In this document: positions 50,486 to 63,577 of the stretch, in pieces | Layout: each line of letters starts with the position of its first letter | How positions within the stretch are numbered: position 1 is the stretch's first letter | Source: Felis catus | Lineage: Eukaryota | Direction: 5' to 3' | Length of the DNA: 64,000 bases | NCBI RefSeq assembly: GCF_018350175.1 | Contig: NC_058368.1 | Coordinates: forward strand, 75,146,001-75,210,000 | Position numbers and translations under genes: made by a program | The notes under the pieces: model-generated | Told to the model about the DNA's origin: nothing | Database searches by the model: none | The model's input: the letters and a program-made list of their open reading frames with translations, nothing else

Positions 50486-50899
50486 GAGAAGAGAAGAGAA
50501 AGAAGAGAGGAGAGGAGAAGAAAGGTGAGGAGAGGAGAGGAGAGGAGAGGAGAGGAGAGGAGAGGAGAGGAGAAAGAAGAGAAGAGAAGAGAAGAGAAGA
50601 GAAGAGAAGAGAAGAGAAGAGAAGAGGAGGGGAGGGGAGGGAAGGGAGGAGGAGAGAGGAAGGGAGGAAAGAAGGGGAGGAGGGAAGGGGGAGGGGAGAG
50701 GAGAGGAGAGGAGAAGAGAAGAAGAGAAGAGAAGAGAAGAGAAGAGAAGAGAAGAGAAGAGAAGAGAAGAGAAGAGAAGAGAAGAGGAGGGGAGGGGAGG
50801 GGAGGGGAGGGGAGGGGAGGAGAGGGGAGGAGGAGGGAGAAGGAGAGGAGGGAAGGGGAGGAGGGAAGGGGGGAGGGGAGAGGAGAGGAGAGAAGAGAA
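50486..50899. repeat. Compound polypurine pentamer repeat (AGAGG/AGAAG/GGAGG)
   Basis: No pyrimidine between 50527 and 50899. Confidence 0.97.
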
Positions 50900-51711
50900 T
50901 CCGAGAGCGCTGATGGCTGGATTGAAGAATGGTACAGTGCTCCATCATGATTCCTTAGAGTAAGTGTTAGGTGCTTACTATTTACCACCCTCTGTCCTTA
51001 CTGTCTTGGGTGTATTATCTGAATCAAGACTGACAAACCCTGTGAGCTCACTATCTCTGCTTCCACTTCTTCCAAATGAAGATGTCGCACTTGGGACCGG
51101 TAGAAAAATCTACCCATTTAGCTCGCAAGTATGCCGATACCAGTGAAAGCAGCTTCACTCACTCGGGTGCTCCAGGCAAAAGCCAAAAGTCAAAAGTCAA
51201 CCTTGACTCTTCTTCAGTTGTTTCTAAATAACCAAAACTGAATAACAATAGCATAAACTCTCAAAATACATCTTCAATCAACTTCCTGCGTGTTGGCTCG
51301 CAACTACCACTGTGTCCCAGCCATCGACCCCTCTTGCAGGGTCAGAAGGCCTCCTCCCAATGAATCCCACTGTTTACTTAGACCCTCGTTCCTACACAGC
51401 AGCCACAGGATCTTTTAAAATAGATCGGATACTTGGCCGCTCCCATGACTGCATATGACACTAGACACTAAGAATAAAAGGCCAGTCCTCACCTTAGCCT
51501 CTGGGGGTTCAAAGGGCCAGCTCCCCACTCACTCTCTTACTCCCATGCTCTCCCTTCCCCCAGCCCCTCAGTGCACTGATTTCTTTGCTTTTCGGACAAC
51601 ACAAGCACACTCACACCGGTGCCATCCCCCGTGCCTACAACACTGTTGTCTCAGGCGAACCCTTCATTTCATTCAAGACTTTGCTTTGTTTGTTCTTTAA
51701 AAGTCATTCAA

Positions 51712-51922
51712 GGGGCACCTGGGTGGCGCAGTCGGTTAAGCGTCCGACTTCAGCCAGGTCACGATCTCGCGGTCCGTGAGTTCGAGCCCCGCGTCAGGCT
51801 CTGGGCTGATGGCTCGGAGCCTGGAGCCTGTTTCCGATTCTGTGTCTCCCTCTCTCTCTGCCCCTCCCCCATTCATGCTCTGTCTCTCTCTGTCCCAAAA
51901 ATAAATAAAACGTAAAAAAAAA
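51712..51922 (+). mobile_element. Young felid CAN-SINE, left monomer of dimer
   Basis: Near-consensus; preceded by TSD aaagtcattcaa. Confidence 0.97.
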
Positions 51923-51964
51923 TTTGAATATTGAACACATGTAGGTTAAAAGTAAGTGAGTGGT

Positions 51965-52183
51965 GGGGCGCCTGGGTGGCGCAGTCGGTTAAGCGTCCGA
52001 CTTCAGCCAGGTCACGATCTCGCGGTCCGTGAGTTCGAGCCCCGCGTCGGGCTCTGGGCTGATGGCTCGGAGCCCGGAGCCTGTTTCCGATTCTGTGTCT
52101 CCCTCTCTCTCTGCCCCTCCCCCGTTCATGCTCTGTCTCTCTCTGTCCAAAAAATAAATAAAAAACGTTGAAAAAAAATTTTT
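51965..52183 (+). mobile_element. Young felid CAN-SINE, right monomer of dimer
   Basis: Near-consensus; followed by TSD aaagtcattcaa. Confidence 0.97.
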
Positions 52184-53857
52184 AAAGTCATTCAATCAGA
52201 CCTGAGCATCCTATAGAAAAGAGAAGATATGCCACCATTTTCTCTCTCTTTACTCTTTTTTTTTTCTTTTCTCTTCATGCTACTTTTTTACTCATTGGAA
52301 ATATATTACAAATTAATGTATTGCGTTCTTTATTCATTCTTTCCCACACAAGACTGAAAATACCAGGAGAACACAGAATTCGTTTGTTTCCTCAATGGTT
52401 GATTTCTACACTTTGAAGAGTGTGGGGCTCATGGTAGGCACTTGGTAAACGTTTATCAAACGAAAAAAAAATAGGAAAGCTGAGTATTCAAACTCGGGTC
52501 AGTTTTCACCCCAACTCTTTTGCTCAAAACCATTTTTGCATACTGCTGCTAATAGATTTATAAATCTAAATAAAATAAATTCGATACAGATATTCTCACA
52601 ACTAAGGAAGCCTATACCGTCTGCTAGGATATGGGTGTTGTGGTACTACAATTTCCATTTATATATTCATCCATCTAATTACGTGACAACTTGGATAAAT
52701 GAAGACAGCCAGCTGTCTCAGAACTTTGCAGACTTTCCTGGCATTGATCTTGAAAACGAAGCTGTACCAACTCTCCCTCTATCAATGGGCACTTTCTAAA
52801 ATGTAATTTGTTTTTAATTTTTCAGTTACGGAGTTTTTATTCTGCAATTTACTAACCCCAGTAAAGGGATTTTTTAAATAGTATTAATAGAAAAGAATTA
52901 AAATGAAGAGGTTTTGTATTTCAGAAAGAGATACACAGTAGCTTTTCCATTTGAGTTGTTTTCCTTTTGATTTTTCAGAAGTACAAGTATTAATATGTTT
53001 GAGAAGATACTAACATATTACATGAACAATTATGCAGAATTTTGTTGAACGTTACCATGTTTCCCTAGCATGCTCTCCCGTAATTTTTTTTTTTGTATAT
53101 TATTTTTTCAGACAGCACGATACTTTTTAGTTAATACATGCTCAATCAGTTTCACTAAAAGGACAGCCAGAAGCAGGTGGGGGTGAGGGAAGGCAGGATT
53201 GTGTATGTATCAATAAAACTGTATAGATAAGGAGATATTTATTTAAATAGCCACAATGGGATGTACTTCCCAAATCAATATAGACCATGAAATCTTACTG
53301 CTAGCACTGGCTAGTTCTAACACACAGACACCGTTTCCTTTGTCATTATTGATCTTGAGAGCCATTATTTTGGTTCCGGATCAGTGACTACATTTGAAAA
53401 AGCATCTAGGGTATAATGCCTTCTCACTCTGATGGTGTTATTTGTCCACAGGAAAAGTGCTTTCCACCTCCCCATGGTAATCACGATGAAATCCGAAATG
53501 TATCTAGTACGTATATGGAACGTTGTTCAATACACAGACACCTCTTCCATTTAGCAACAAGTTAGGTCCCAAAACAAGTTAGGTTCCAAATGCTTCATCT
53601 GTTTTACTGGTTCCTAAATTACGTGAAACTAAAAGGGGCATAGGCATGAGACCCCCACATGCTTGTCTTCAAAAGAGGCATGACTGTCAGCCCTTTCAAA
53701 GTGTTGCAACCAAGAATACTCCTTTTCTATTTCATGAGGCATCGTTATTCAAGATAGAATTTTGCCCAGTTTGGTTTACATCGAAAACGTCCCTTTTTCC
53801 TGTAATATTTGCATGTTGGCAGAGACGTCAGCATCTATGTTGTCCTTTCAGAATCTC

Positions 53858-54090
53858 GGGGCGCCTGGGTGGCTCAGTCGGTTGAGCCCCCGACTTCAAC
53901 TCAGGTCATGATCTCACAGTCTGTGAGTTCGAGCCTCACGTCGGGCTCTGTGCTGACAGCTCAGAGCCTGGAGCCTGCTTCGGATTCTGTGTCTCCCTCT
54001 CTCTCTGCCCCTCCCCTGCTCGTGCTCTGTCTCTCTCTCTGTCTCAAAAATAAATAAAAACATTAAAAAAATAAATAAAAACAAAAGAAC
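53858..54090 (+). mobile_element. CAN-SINE
   Basis: TSD cagaatctc. Confidence 0.95.
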
Positions 54091-54559
54091 ACAGAATCTC
54101 AAAGACCCATTGATAAAGTAAGATTATTGACTGTTCTTGAGGGAAAAGAAAAAAGAAAGAAAACAAGCGACCACAACATGTGTTTACCACGCACGGCAAA
54201 GGAGCTTCCAGCAAACTATGAGCCTTTTCCTGAATTCATATGAAGTAGACAGGCTCCCAGCATCTATGCTATTCTCGTAGCACAGAGGACAAGAAAGTTT
54301 TCTACTTTATCAACTGTGTTTCCTTTTCTTTGGCTGGTTACTAATAATTATAATACTATTAAAATGCACATTTTTTCACATTTTGCTCTTTAGGATTTCT
54401 TGCACTAGAGATTAATTTGCACTATGTACCCAATAGCTTTGTTAATTTGTTTATTGCTTTTAATTTTCTTTATGTTCATTCCCAACATAACCACATTTTT
54501 ATGGAGTAATATCTACAAAACTCAGGCTACACATTTAGGTGTAACACCACTATAATTTT

Positions 54560-54773
54560 ATATTAATTTTTTAATATTTATTCATTTTTAAAAGAGAGAT
54601 AGAGAGTGAGCAGGGGAGGGGCACAGAGAGAAAGGGAGACACAGAATCCGAAGCAGGCTTCAGGCCCCGAGCTGTCAGCACAGAGCCTGATAAGGGTTTC
54701 GAACTCAGGAACCATGAGAACATGACCTGAGCGGAAGTTGGACGCTTAACCTACTGAGCCACCCAGGTGCCCC
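54560..54773 (-). mobile_element. CAN-SINE
   Basis: Full antisense copy. Confidence 0.93.
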
Positions 54774-55825
54774 TAACATTATTGGAAACATACAAGCTGA
54801 TGTGGGGAATTAGATTTGTCAGAGACAATATTCAGAAAACTTTACTTGCAGAAGAATCAGACGTGTACAATATTCAACATTTGAATATCGATATGATTAC
54901 CTCCTTCTATACTTAGCATAACTAGCTCTATATAAAACAAAGAAAAAACAGGTTTATCTGTTATTTGGCTTCTCAAACGAATGGCTTAGCCACTTCTCAC
55001 TGATTTGATTGATGATGAGTTCTTAAGCATTATCAGTTGTATCTTCTGGTGTAAGTCCTGTGATATGCGGAAAAAAATTTTCATTTTTCAAACTTTTCAG
55101 TTTGAAAAAGTTATGTTTTTGTTCTTTTTGTTGCTATAATAACAAACCATATGTGACAAAATGAAAAATATTGTGTGTGTGTGGGGGGGGGGAGCTCCTA
55201 AAACAAATGGGAAGGATATTTTATCCATAGATTCTTCTATATTAAATCTTATTTCCATATCGCTAGCCTTATTCGAAAGCGCATTTTACCGGTGTTGTTG
55301 AAATGATATTAAAGCTGCTAATTGAATAATGTACATTTCCTATTTGAGTAATAAGACCGTATAGAAATTTTGGTGCACTTCTCACACAAGTCCCATTTTT
55401 TCAGTGTTAGCTATTTAAGCCTATACCGTTTAGTGCTCTAAATCACCTCCTACCAGCATAAAATTATCCTGAATACATTTGCTGATACATCATTTAAAAT
55501 GGCATTTTAATGGTAAGAATGGATTCATGATGAAATATGCATTATATTTCATGTTGAGGAAACAACCTCAAATAAGTCTCATCACATTATGAATAGAGTG
55601 TGTGTGTGACTTCCTCACTCACAGACTGTAAGAAATCATAAAGCAAACATGATGCCTATTTCTTATAGAAAAGGTCACAGCTGAGCGTTGATCAAATTAC
55701 TCCCTAGAGAGGTACCAGCGCTAACTCTGTCTCTAACGCTTTCATATGGGAAATGAAGGAGGCTTGTCTCTCTCTCCCCCCTCTGTCTTTGCAATTTATG
55801 CTTTGCACTTGGCCACGTCATTCTT

Positions 55826-56081
55826 TTTTTTTTAAGCAGTTACTCTTTTATTTATTCATTTATTTTACAAAATTTTTAACGTTTTATTTATTTTTGAGAC
55901 GGAGAGAGACAGAGCATGAACGGGGGAGGGGCAGAGAGAGGGGGAGACACAGAATCGGAAGCAGGCTCCAGGCTCCGAGCCGTCAGCCCGGAGCCCGACG
56001 CGGGGCTCGAACTCACGGACCGCGAGACCACGGCCTGAGCCAAAGTCGACCGCTTAACCGACTGAGCCACCCAGGCGCCCC
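55826..56081 (-). mobile_element. Young CAN-SINE with compound tail
   Basis: CpG-intact; TSD ccacgtcattctt at 55813-55825 and 56085-56097. Confidence 0.96.
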
Positions 56082-57470
56082 ACACCACGTCATTCTTAAC
56101 AGTATCTCTCTTCACTTCAGAAGCTGTCCATCATGGTCCTCAGAAGGGCGTGTGGCCAAGAGCCCACTCTCCCAGACCTCTTGCCGTGGGGATCGCTTTC
56201 CCTCTGCGTGCCTTCCTTGGCACGATCAGTTCAATTGCCATCACAGAACAACAACAACAAATTTCAATGATTTTGCGTTAAATTGAACCCAGTTTCTGTT
56301 CAACGTTGGCGATATCTAACCAAATGCCAGAAACAGCAGCCTCTGAAGATAGAGGCCCCAGTTTGGCCCAGCTGTGCCTAGGCACCGTCACGGTGAGTGA
56401 ACGGTATGACATTAGCTAGCCATAGTCAATGGTGATGCATTTACACACATATCTTAGTTGGGGGAATCCTCTGTGGGGCCTCCCCTCCTGTATTTTGATG
56501 GATCTACATGTGACCTGACCTCTGGCAGCCTGGGATTACCTGTACTTCTCAGCTTCCTTGGGACCGAACTGGCTTTGAGAATGTTCTGAATGATGGCATG
56601 TGAGTGGAAACCGTGTACGCCATGTTTGAGCTATGTCCTAAAGAGAGAGAAGGGGGCAGAGGGGCGTGGTCATGCTTTATTGAAAATGTGTCCCTCTCCT
56701 CCTTTTCTTCTTCTGAAATTTGGTTTTATACTACTGTTCTGAATTCATTGAGTGGACCTTTCCCAACCAAGTTATGAGGCTCCATTATATGCAGTCAGAG
56801 TTTCTCAGTTCATGCAAAATATCAGACTATTTGCTGTTTATGAGACCATTTACTGTTCATTTACTATGTAGGTATGTAGGAAGCAGGGTGCTTCCAAGGT
56901 TACAGATGTATGGATGATGGTGGGGTGGGTGGGGTTATTAAGCGGGTCTCAGTGTTTCCATGGTGATTATCTGGGGTGGTGACTTTTAAGGAAAAAATAA
57001 TGAAGCAGATTAAATCTCTGGGAAGTACGTCGCTCTATACAAACCAATCCACTCATAACAATGTCTCAAAATAATAATGATAATTTCTCATTCTTAGTTT
57101 TGATATGTATTTCTAATCTATTTCATAAATTATAATTCTGACGGATTTATGTTTCTGGGATGGGATTTTTTTTCCACAATAGGTTTGCTAAGCCTTAACT
57201 TAAAAAAAAAAATCTTTCCAAAGATTATATCCTTCTGGAGGCAAAATTAGTTACTTTAATATCCAAAGTCTATTTAGAGCTCAGTGTGGGTGTCTATGCG
57301 ACGGTTCTAAAACAGGAACAACGTGAGATCTGCTCAAAGACCTGAGGAAGATTTCCAAAGAAAAGAACCATATAATGAAACCCTTACTTTATACCACAGG
57401 AATGCTAATATTTTCACAAATATATTTTTGAGGATATGTTTTCGTCTAATTATCTAAAACATTAGAGTTG

Positions 57471-57915
57471 TGTTATGGGTTGAATTGTGTCCCTTCGGAA
57501 GACGTTGAAGTCCTAACCTCCAATAGTTCATTTGTAAATAGGTCTCTGTTGATGATCAGTAAAGATGAAGTCATTAGGGTGGGTCCTCACCCCATTTATC
57601 CAGTGTCTTTATAAAAAGGGCAAGTTTGGACACAAAGACAGACGGGTGCACAGAGAGAATACAATATGAACATGAAGACAAATATTTGGCTAGTGCCTCT
57701 ACAAGCCAAGGAACACCAAAGATAGCCAGCAAACCACCAGAAGCCAAAAGAAAGAGCTGGAACAGATGCCTCCTCAGAGCCTCAGAGGGAATCCATCCTG
57801 TTGACACCTTGACTTTGGACGTGTGGCTTCCGGAATTGTGAGATGATAAATGTATATTGCGTAAGCCACCCAGTCTGTGGCACTTGGCTACAGCAGCCCA
57901 CCAGAAACTAGTACA
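57471..57915 (+). mobile_element. MaLR solo LTR (MLT1C-like)
   Basis: tgttatgggttgaattgtgtcc...caagccaaggaacaccaaag...taagccacccagtctgtgg...aaactagtaca. Confidence 0.9.
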
Positions 57916-60504
57916 GTCATACTGAATGTATTCTTCAATTTTGAATACTGAACGTGGCGTCATTCTGTGGCTGCCTCTTAGTCACTGAATGTTTGATCAG
58001 ATGTAGGCGCCTCCTCATGAAGTTCTGTTCCGTACGAGATGGCCACGTTCCCTTCCTTTCTTTAACCAATGGATTCTGCACATCTGTACCTCACGTTTTT
58101 CCAAGAGCACTGGTTTTCAAGAAGATGTGGCCTCAAGATACATCAGTGAGATGTAAAGGAAATAACAAAGAAGATATTTATGCTCCTAAAATCCGTTTAG
58201 ATGCTGGAGTTGCAAAATTAGTCTGGTTTCCGTATTCAAGGTGTTAGAGTTTATGAAGATCATAAAGAAAAGATATTTTGTTTCCATATTCCCTCAGTTA
58301 TTTTTGAAATAATGTATTTTGTGTAATTATGTTTTACAAGTTTGTTGTAGATACAATATTTTAAAGCAATTAAAAATACAAGATGCAAACATATTCTCCT
58401 GATACCCATGAATTGTGATTTCATTATAACCCTGCATTACTATGTATTGTTATTAAATATAAATGATCAATTAAATGAATATGCTAACTACAAATCAAGG
58501 TAGAGTCAAGAAAAATATGCTGAAGCATTAATTTATCAATTAATAATACACTTCTGTGTTTCAGAATGCATAGGAATTAGCTAATTAGCGGTTCCCTAAT
58601 TGCTCGCATTAACATGAGTCTGACGTTTAACAAACCACTCTGTTTCAGTGTTTTTGATCTGTACTGTTTTAGTCTTCCAAATACATATATTAAGTCTAAA
58701 AGGAATCTAGGTCCTAAAGTAACACCAGAAAGAAAAGGATTTAAATAGCCTACCAAGGAATATTTTAAAAATCTTTGATCAGACTGGCTCAATATCTCGA
58801 TGTACCTCTATTTCAAAACTGCATATAACTGTCAAGAAGGATAAGATTACATATCAGATATTGTCATACTTCTGCCCTGTCTGGTGATGAGATTTTATCA
58901 AGGTGAAACTCTTCAATTTCTACCTCTCTCTCTCTTTTTTCATTGTACGTGGGAGATGCATTACAAGGTCTTCAGGCCATAAGCAATGTTTTATAAAAAA
59001 ATAAATAAATAAAATAAAAAATAAAATAGGTGTAACATAGTTGCTAGGCATTTTTTTTTCTCTCAAGCTCATCAGAATCCATGTGTTTTTCTTTAAAATC
59101 CAACCAAAGCAACCTGACCAAAGCATGTATAAAGGCATCAAGATAAGAACCATTTGGTTTTTCAGGGTGGCTTAAAACGCAACTTCTCAGCCTAGCGTAT
59201 TACGTCTGATCGTGGACCGAGTGGAAACATGTCATTATCCTCCTGTCTCATGGCTTTGCATCATGAAAGTAAATTTGGTGATTTGTTGGAGATGATTTAT
59301 TCATTCATGCTCATTTAGAAGGATGAGAGGGCTTGAACAGTCAGAATTACACAGAAGTGTTTGCTGTAAATAACATGCTGGGACTTCTTGGACACAGTGC
59401 TTTTTAATGTAATTTTTTAGTTGGCAGCTAGTTTTCCATTTTGCCTATAGATCTCCGCTCCCAGAGAAAGCCAGAAATTTGGACATCAAGGCTTCGTGCC
59501 TATGCTTCCAACCCACCTTTTCTTTGTATAAAAATCAACGTTTTGGTTTCCTTGGAAGGATTCCCGTGATTCTGAAAGAACATCAAAAGGGGCTTTTATG
59601 TCAGGTTAAAAAGCTTGCATTTAATTATGTGATTAATGAAGAGCCATTAGAAGGATTTAGGCAGAGGAATGGCTGGTCACATGTGGGTGTGAGGCTCCTC
59701 TGGTAGCAGGAAGCAGGTTGATTTAATTTGCATGAAAAAGTACAGCAGGGTACCCTGAATCAAATGATTGAAAATTTTTCAAAAAACGATTCCTGTATTT
59801 TATAGTAACAGTATTAGCATATCGACCTGGATTTGGATTTTTTCAAATTCCACATACATGCTATTTTTTTTTAACTTTCTTTACTCCTACTCTCCAAATG
59901 TATTCTTCCTCCTCTGTTCCTAATTATGTCATACTTTTCGTGGGGCCATACAACTAAAAATATCATTTGTGCCTTGGAGTCTGTCCTTTCCTCCATTTCT
60001 TATTTCTAATAAAATTCATGGTTTATAACCATTCCATCTCTGCAATATATAGCATTTCTAGGTCCTCAGTCCTCTTCTTTCTCTGTCTGTCCTAATCGAC
60101 TCCAAACATGTAAACTCTTCCAGGTGTTTCCAACTCAAAGTCACCTCTACCGTTGTTGCCAAGACTCATCTTTTGTTGTTGTTGTTTGTGCTCTTGAGCT
60201 CATTTTGTATTTACCATCCCCTTTCCTGAGAAACTTCTTTCAAGTTCTAAAGGTCCATTCTCTACCTGTCGACAGCATTCTTCTTAATGGATCCAGGTAT
60301 GATGTAATCGGGTCTAATTGTATCAGATCTCAGCCTTCCCAGAGCATGTCATGCATGGTACTCCTCATGTGTCCTTGTCTTCTTCACACCGTTTCTTCTA
60401 GTTCACCTGCCCTTTCCCCTCCTCTTCTGCCTTATAAAATTATCCTACACAGGGAAACTCAAAAGGCATCTTTCAAAGGAAGCCTTCTGGTCCTTTCCAG
60501 TAAG

Positions 60505-60945
60505 CAGCGGGAAGAATAATGGCCCTGAGAAGTGGAATATGCTATGTTACATGGCAAAGAAGTAAGCTTATAGGTGAAATTAAGGTTGCTGATCAGTTGA
60601 CCTTGAGATGGGGAAATTGTCCTGGATTATTTGGGTGAAGCCAGTGTCCTCACAGGGGTCCTTGTAAGTGGAAAATGGAGACAGAAGAAGGAAAGTTAAA
60701 GAGAAGGAAGCGTGAGAAATTCTTGGTCCAACGTTGCTGGCTTTTAAGATGGAAGAATGGAGCTATGAGGAAAGGACTAGAAGAAACTCTGAATGATGGG
60801 AAAAGAACGACATGGATTCTCCTCCCAGAGCATCCAGAAAAATTGCAGACTTTTAATTTTAGCCCAGTGAGAACAATTTCACGATTCTGACCTCCAAAAC
60901 TGGAACATAATGCATTCATGCATTCTGCATTAAGTTTGTGGTTAC
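60505..60945 (+). mobile_element. MaLR LTR (MLT1D-like)
   Basis: gaataatggccc...tatgttacatggcaaa...gaccttgagatgggg...cctggattat...ttctgacctcca. Confidence 0.85.
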
Positions 60946-61110
60946 CTCCTAATGCACACTCTTACACAGTAGAACGTGTCTCACTTTAAGGTGAGGAAAA
61001 ATGTGCTCAGAGAAAGCATGTAATGTGCCTGTTGCCTTTCTAGGTGCTTTCACACGCCCCCATTTCACCTTTGTGACCCAGTGAAGTAGATGCTATTATT
61101 CTTACTTTAC

Positions 61111-61326
61111 ATTTTTTTCCCAAGGTTTTTTATTTATTTTTGGGACAGAGAGAGACAGAGCATGAACGGGGGAGGGGCAGAGAGAGAGGGAGACACAGAA
61201 TCGGAAACAGGCTCCAGGCTCCGAGCCATCAGCCCAGAGCCTGACGCGGGGCTCGAACTCACGGACTGCGAGATCGTGACCTGGCTGAAGTCGGACGCTT
61301 AACCGACTGCGCCACCCAGGCGCCCC
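61111..61326 (-). mobile_element. Young felid CAN-SINE inserted in a MIR
   Basis: TSD tattattcttacttta at 61094-61109 and 61327-61342. Confidence 0.97.
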
Positions 61327-61365
61327 TATTATTCTTACTTTAAAGGTAAGAAAAGTATTGCTCAG

Positions 61366-62749
61366 ATGATGACTGACATTGAGCATCTTTTCATGTGTGT
61401 GTTGGCCGTCTGGATGTCTTCCTTGGAAAAGTGTCTGTTCGTGACTTCTGCCCATTTCTCCACTGGGTTATTTGTTTTTCGCGTGTTGATTGGGGTTAAG
61501 TTCTTTATAGATTTTGGATACTAACCCTTTATCTGATACATTGTTTGCAAATATATTCTCCCATTCCATTGGTTGCCTTTTAGTTTTGTTGATTGTTTCC
61601 CTCACTGTGCAGAAGCTTTTTATCTTCATGAGGTCCCAGTAGTTGCTTTCTGCTTTTATTTCCCTTGTATCCAAGGACATGTCAAGTAAGAAGTTGCTGC
61701 AGCCAAGGTCAAAGAGGTTGCTGCCTGTTTTCTCCTGTAAAACTTTGATGTTTTCCTGTCTCACATTTAGATCTTTCATCCATTTTGAATTGATTTTTGT
61801 GTATGGTGTGAGAAAGTGGTCCAGTTTCATTCTTGCTCATGTTGCTGTCCAGTTCTCCCAGAACCATTTGCTAAAGAGACTCTCTTTTATCCATTGGATC
61901 CTCTTTCCTGCTTTGTCGAAGATTTGTTGGCAATATATCTGTGGGTAAATTTCTGGGTTCTCTATTCTATTGATTTATGTGTCTGTTTTTGTGCCAATAC
62001 TATACTGTCTTGATGATTACAGTTTTGTAATACAGGTTAAAGTGTGGGATGGTGATGCCTCCAGCATTGTTTTGTTGTTGTTGTTTGTTTGTTTGTTTTT
62101 CTTCAACATTACTTTAGCTATTTGGGGTCTTTTATGGTTCCATACAAATTTTATGGTTGTTTATTCCAGCTCTGTGAAGAATACTAGTGCCATTTTAATA
62201 AGGATTGCAATGGGGCGCCTGGGTGGCACAGTTGGTTAAGTGTCCGACTTCAGCCAGGTCACGATCTCACGGTCCGTGAGTTTGAGCCCTGTGTCAGGCT
62301 CTGGGCTGATGGTTCAGAGCCTGGAGCCTGTTTCCGATTCTGTGTCTCCCTCTCTCTCTGCCCCTCCCCCGTTCATGCTCTGTCTCTCTCTGTCCCAAAA
62401 AATAAATAAATAAACGTTGAAAAAAAATTTAAAAAAAAATAAGGATTGCATTGAATATGTAGATTGCTTTGGGTATTATTGACAGTTTAACAATATTTGT
62501 TCTTCTGATTTATGAACATGGAATGTTTTTCCATTTCTTTGAGTCTTCCTCAATTTCTTTCATAGCTTTCTACAGTTTTCAAAATAAAGACATTTTACCT
62601 CTTTGGTTAGGTTTATCCCTAGGTATTTTATGGTTTAGGGTGTAATTATAAATGGAATCGATTCCTTAATATCTCTTTCTGTTGCTTCATTATTTGTGTA
62701 TAGAAATGCAACCAATTCCTGTAAATTGATTTTTATTTTCTGTGACTTT
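61366..62749 (-). mobile_element. Carnivore L1, inverted 5' segment (degenerate ORF2)
   Basis: Translation KLDHFLTPYTKINSKWMKDLNVR...IKSFCT... is L1 ORF2. Confidence 0.95.
62212..62437 (+). mobile_element. Young felid CAN-SINE nested in the L1
   Basis: TSD aataaggattgca. Confidence 0.97.
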
Positions 62750-62750
62750 A

Positions 62751-63577
62751 TTCATCACCAGGGAAATACAAATCAAAACCACAATGAGATATGACCCCAC
62801 ACTGGTCAGAATGGCTAAAATTAACAACTCTGGAAATACCAGATGCTGGCGAGGAAGTGGAGAAAGGGGAACCCTCTTGCATGGTTGGTGGGAATGCAAA
62901 CTGGTGCAGCCACTCTGGAAAACAGTGTGGAAATTCCTCAAAAAATTAAAAACAGAGCTACACTACAACCCAGAAATTGTACTACTAGGAATTTATCCAA
63001 AGTATACAGGAGTGTTGATTCACAGGGGCACATGTTTATAGCAGCATTATCAACAATAGCCAAATTATAGAAAGAGCCCAAATGGGTCCATCAGCTGATT
63101 AATGGATTGAGAAAATGTGGTATATATACAATATATGCAATACATACAATGGAATACAACTAAGCAATGAAAAAGAATGAATTTTTGCCAAATGCAACAA
63201 CATGGATGGAACTGGAGGATATTATGCTAAGTGAAATAAGTCAGTCAGAGAAAGACACATATCATATGATTTCACTCATATGTAGAATTTGAGAAACGTA
63301 ACACATAAATATAGGGGAAGGGAAGGAAAAATCAGATAAAAACAGAGAGGGAGGTAAACCATAAGAGACTGAAACACAGAGAACAAACTGAGGGTTGATG
63401 GGGGGGGGGGATGGGTTAAACGGGTGATGGGCACTAAGGAGGGCACCTGTTGGGATGAACCCTGGGTGTCATATGTAAGAGATGAATCACTAAGTTCTAC
63501 TCTTGAAGCCCACACTACACTGTTAACTAACTTGAGAATAAAAATAGAAGGAAAAAAAACACAGAAAAGAACAAAGA
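62751..63577 (+). mobile_element. Carnivore L1, forward 3' segment (ORF2 C-terminus, 3'UTR, A-tail)
   Basis: [11 protein letters not shown]...RCWRG...[15 protein letters not shown]...LLGIYPK; AATAAA and degenerate A tail. Confidence 0.95.

Larger units (their letters stand above)
51170..52465 (+). mobile_element. L2 3' region interrupted by a SINE dimer
   Basis: ccttgactcttc...cagcagccacaggatctttt...ggtaggcacttggtaaacgttt L2 end. Confidence 0.6.

Noticed and set aside
50409..50988. 141-190 aa low-complexity ORFs
   Set aside because: Stop-free artefacts of the purine repeat
53557..53590. 17-bp tandem duplicate aacaagttaggt(c/t)ccaa
   Set aside because: Only two units; ordinary slippage, not an array
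9115..59734. Scattered octamer ATGCAAAT/ATTTGCAT sites
   Set aside because: Dispersed, and several are expected by chance in AT-rich 64 kb
8755..61455. Recurring MAQSVK.../[14 protein letters not shown]... ORFs resembling a gene family
   Set aside because: They are translations of CAN-SINE copies
61468..63070. L1 ORF2 fragments as functional CDS
   Set aside because: Truncated, inverted and frameshifted; a dead element
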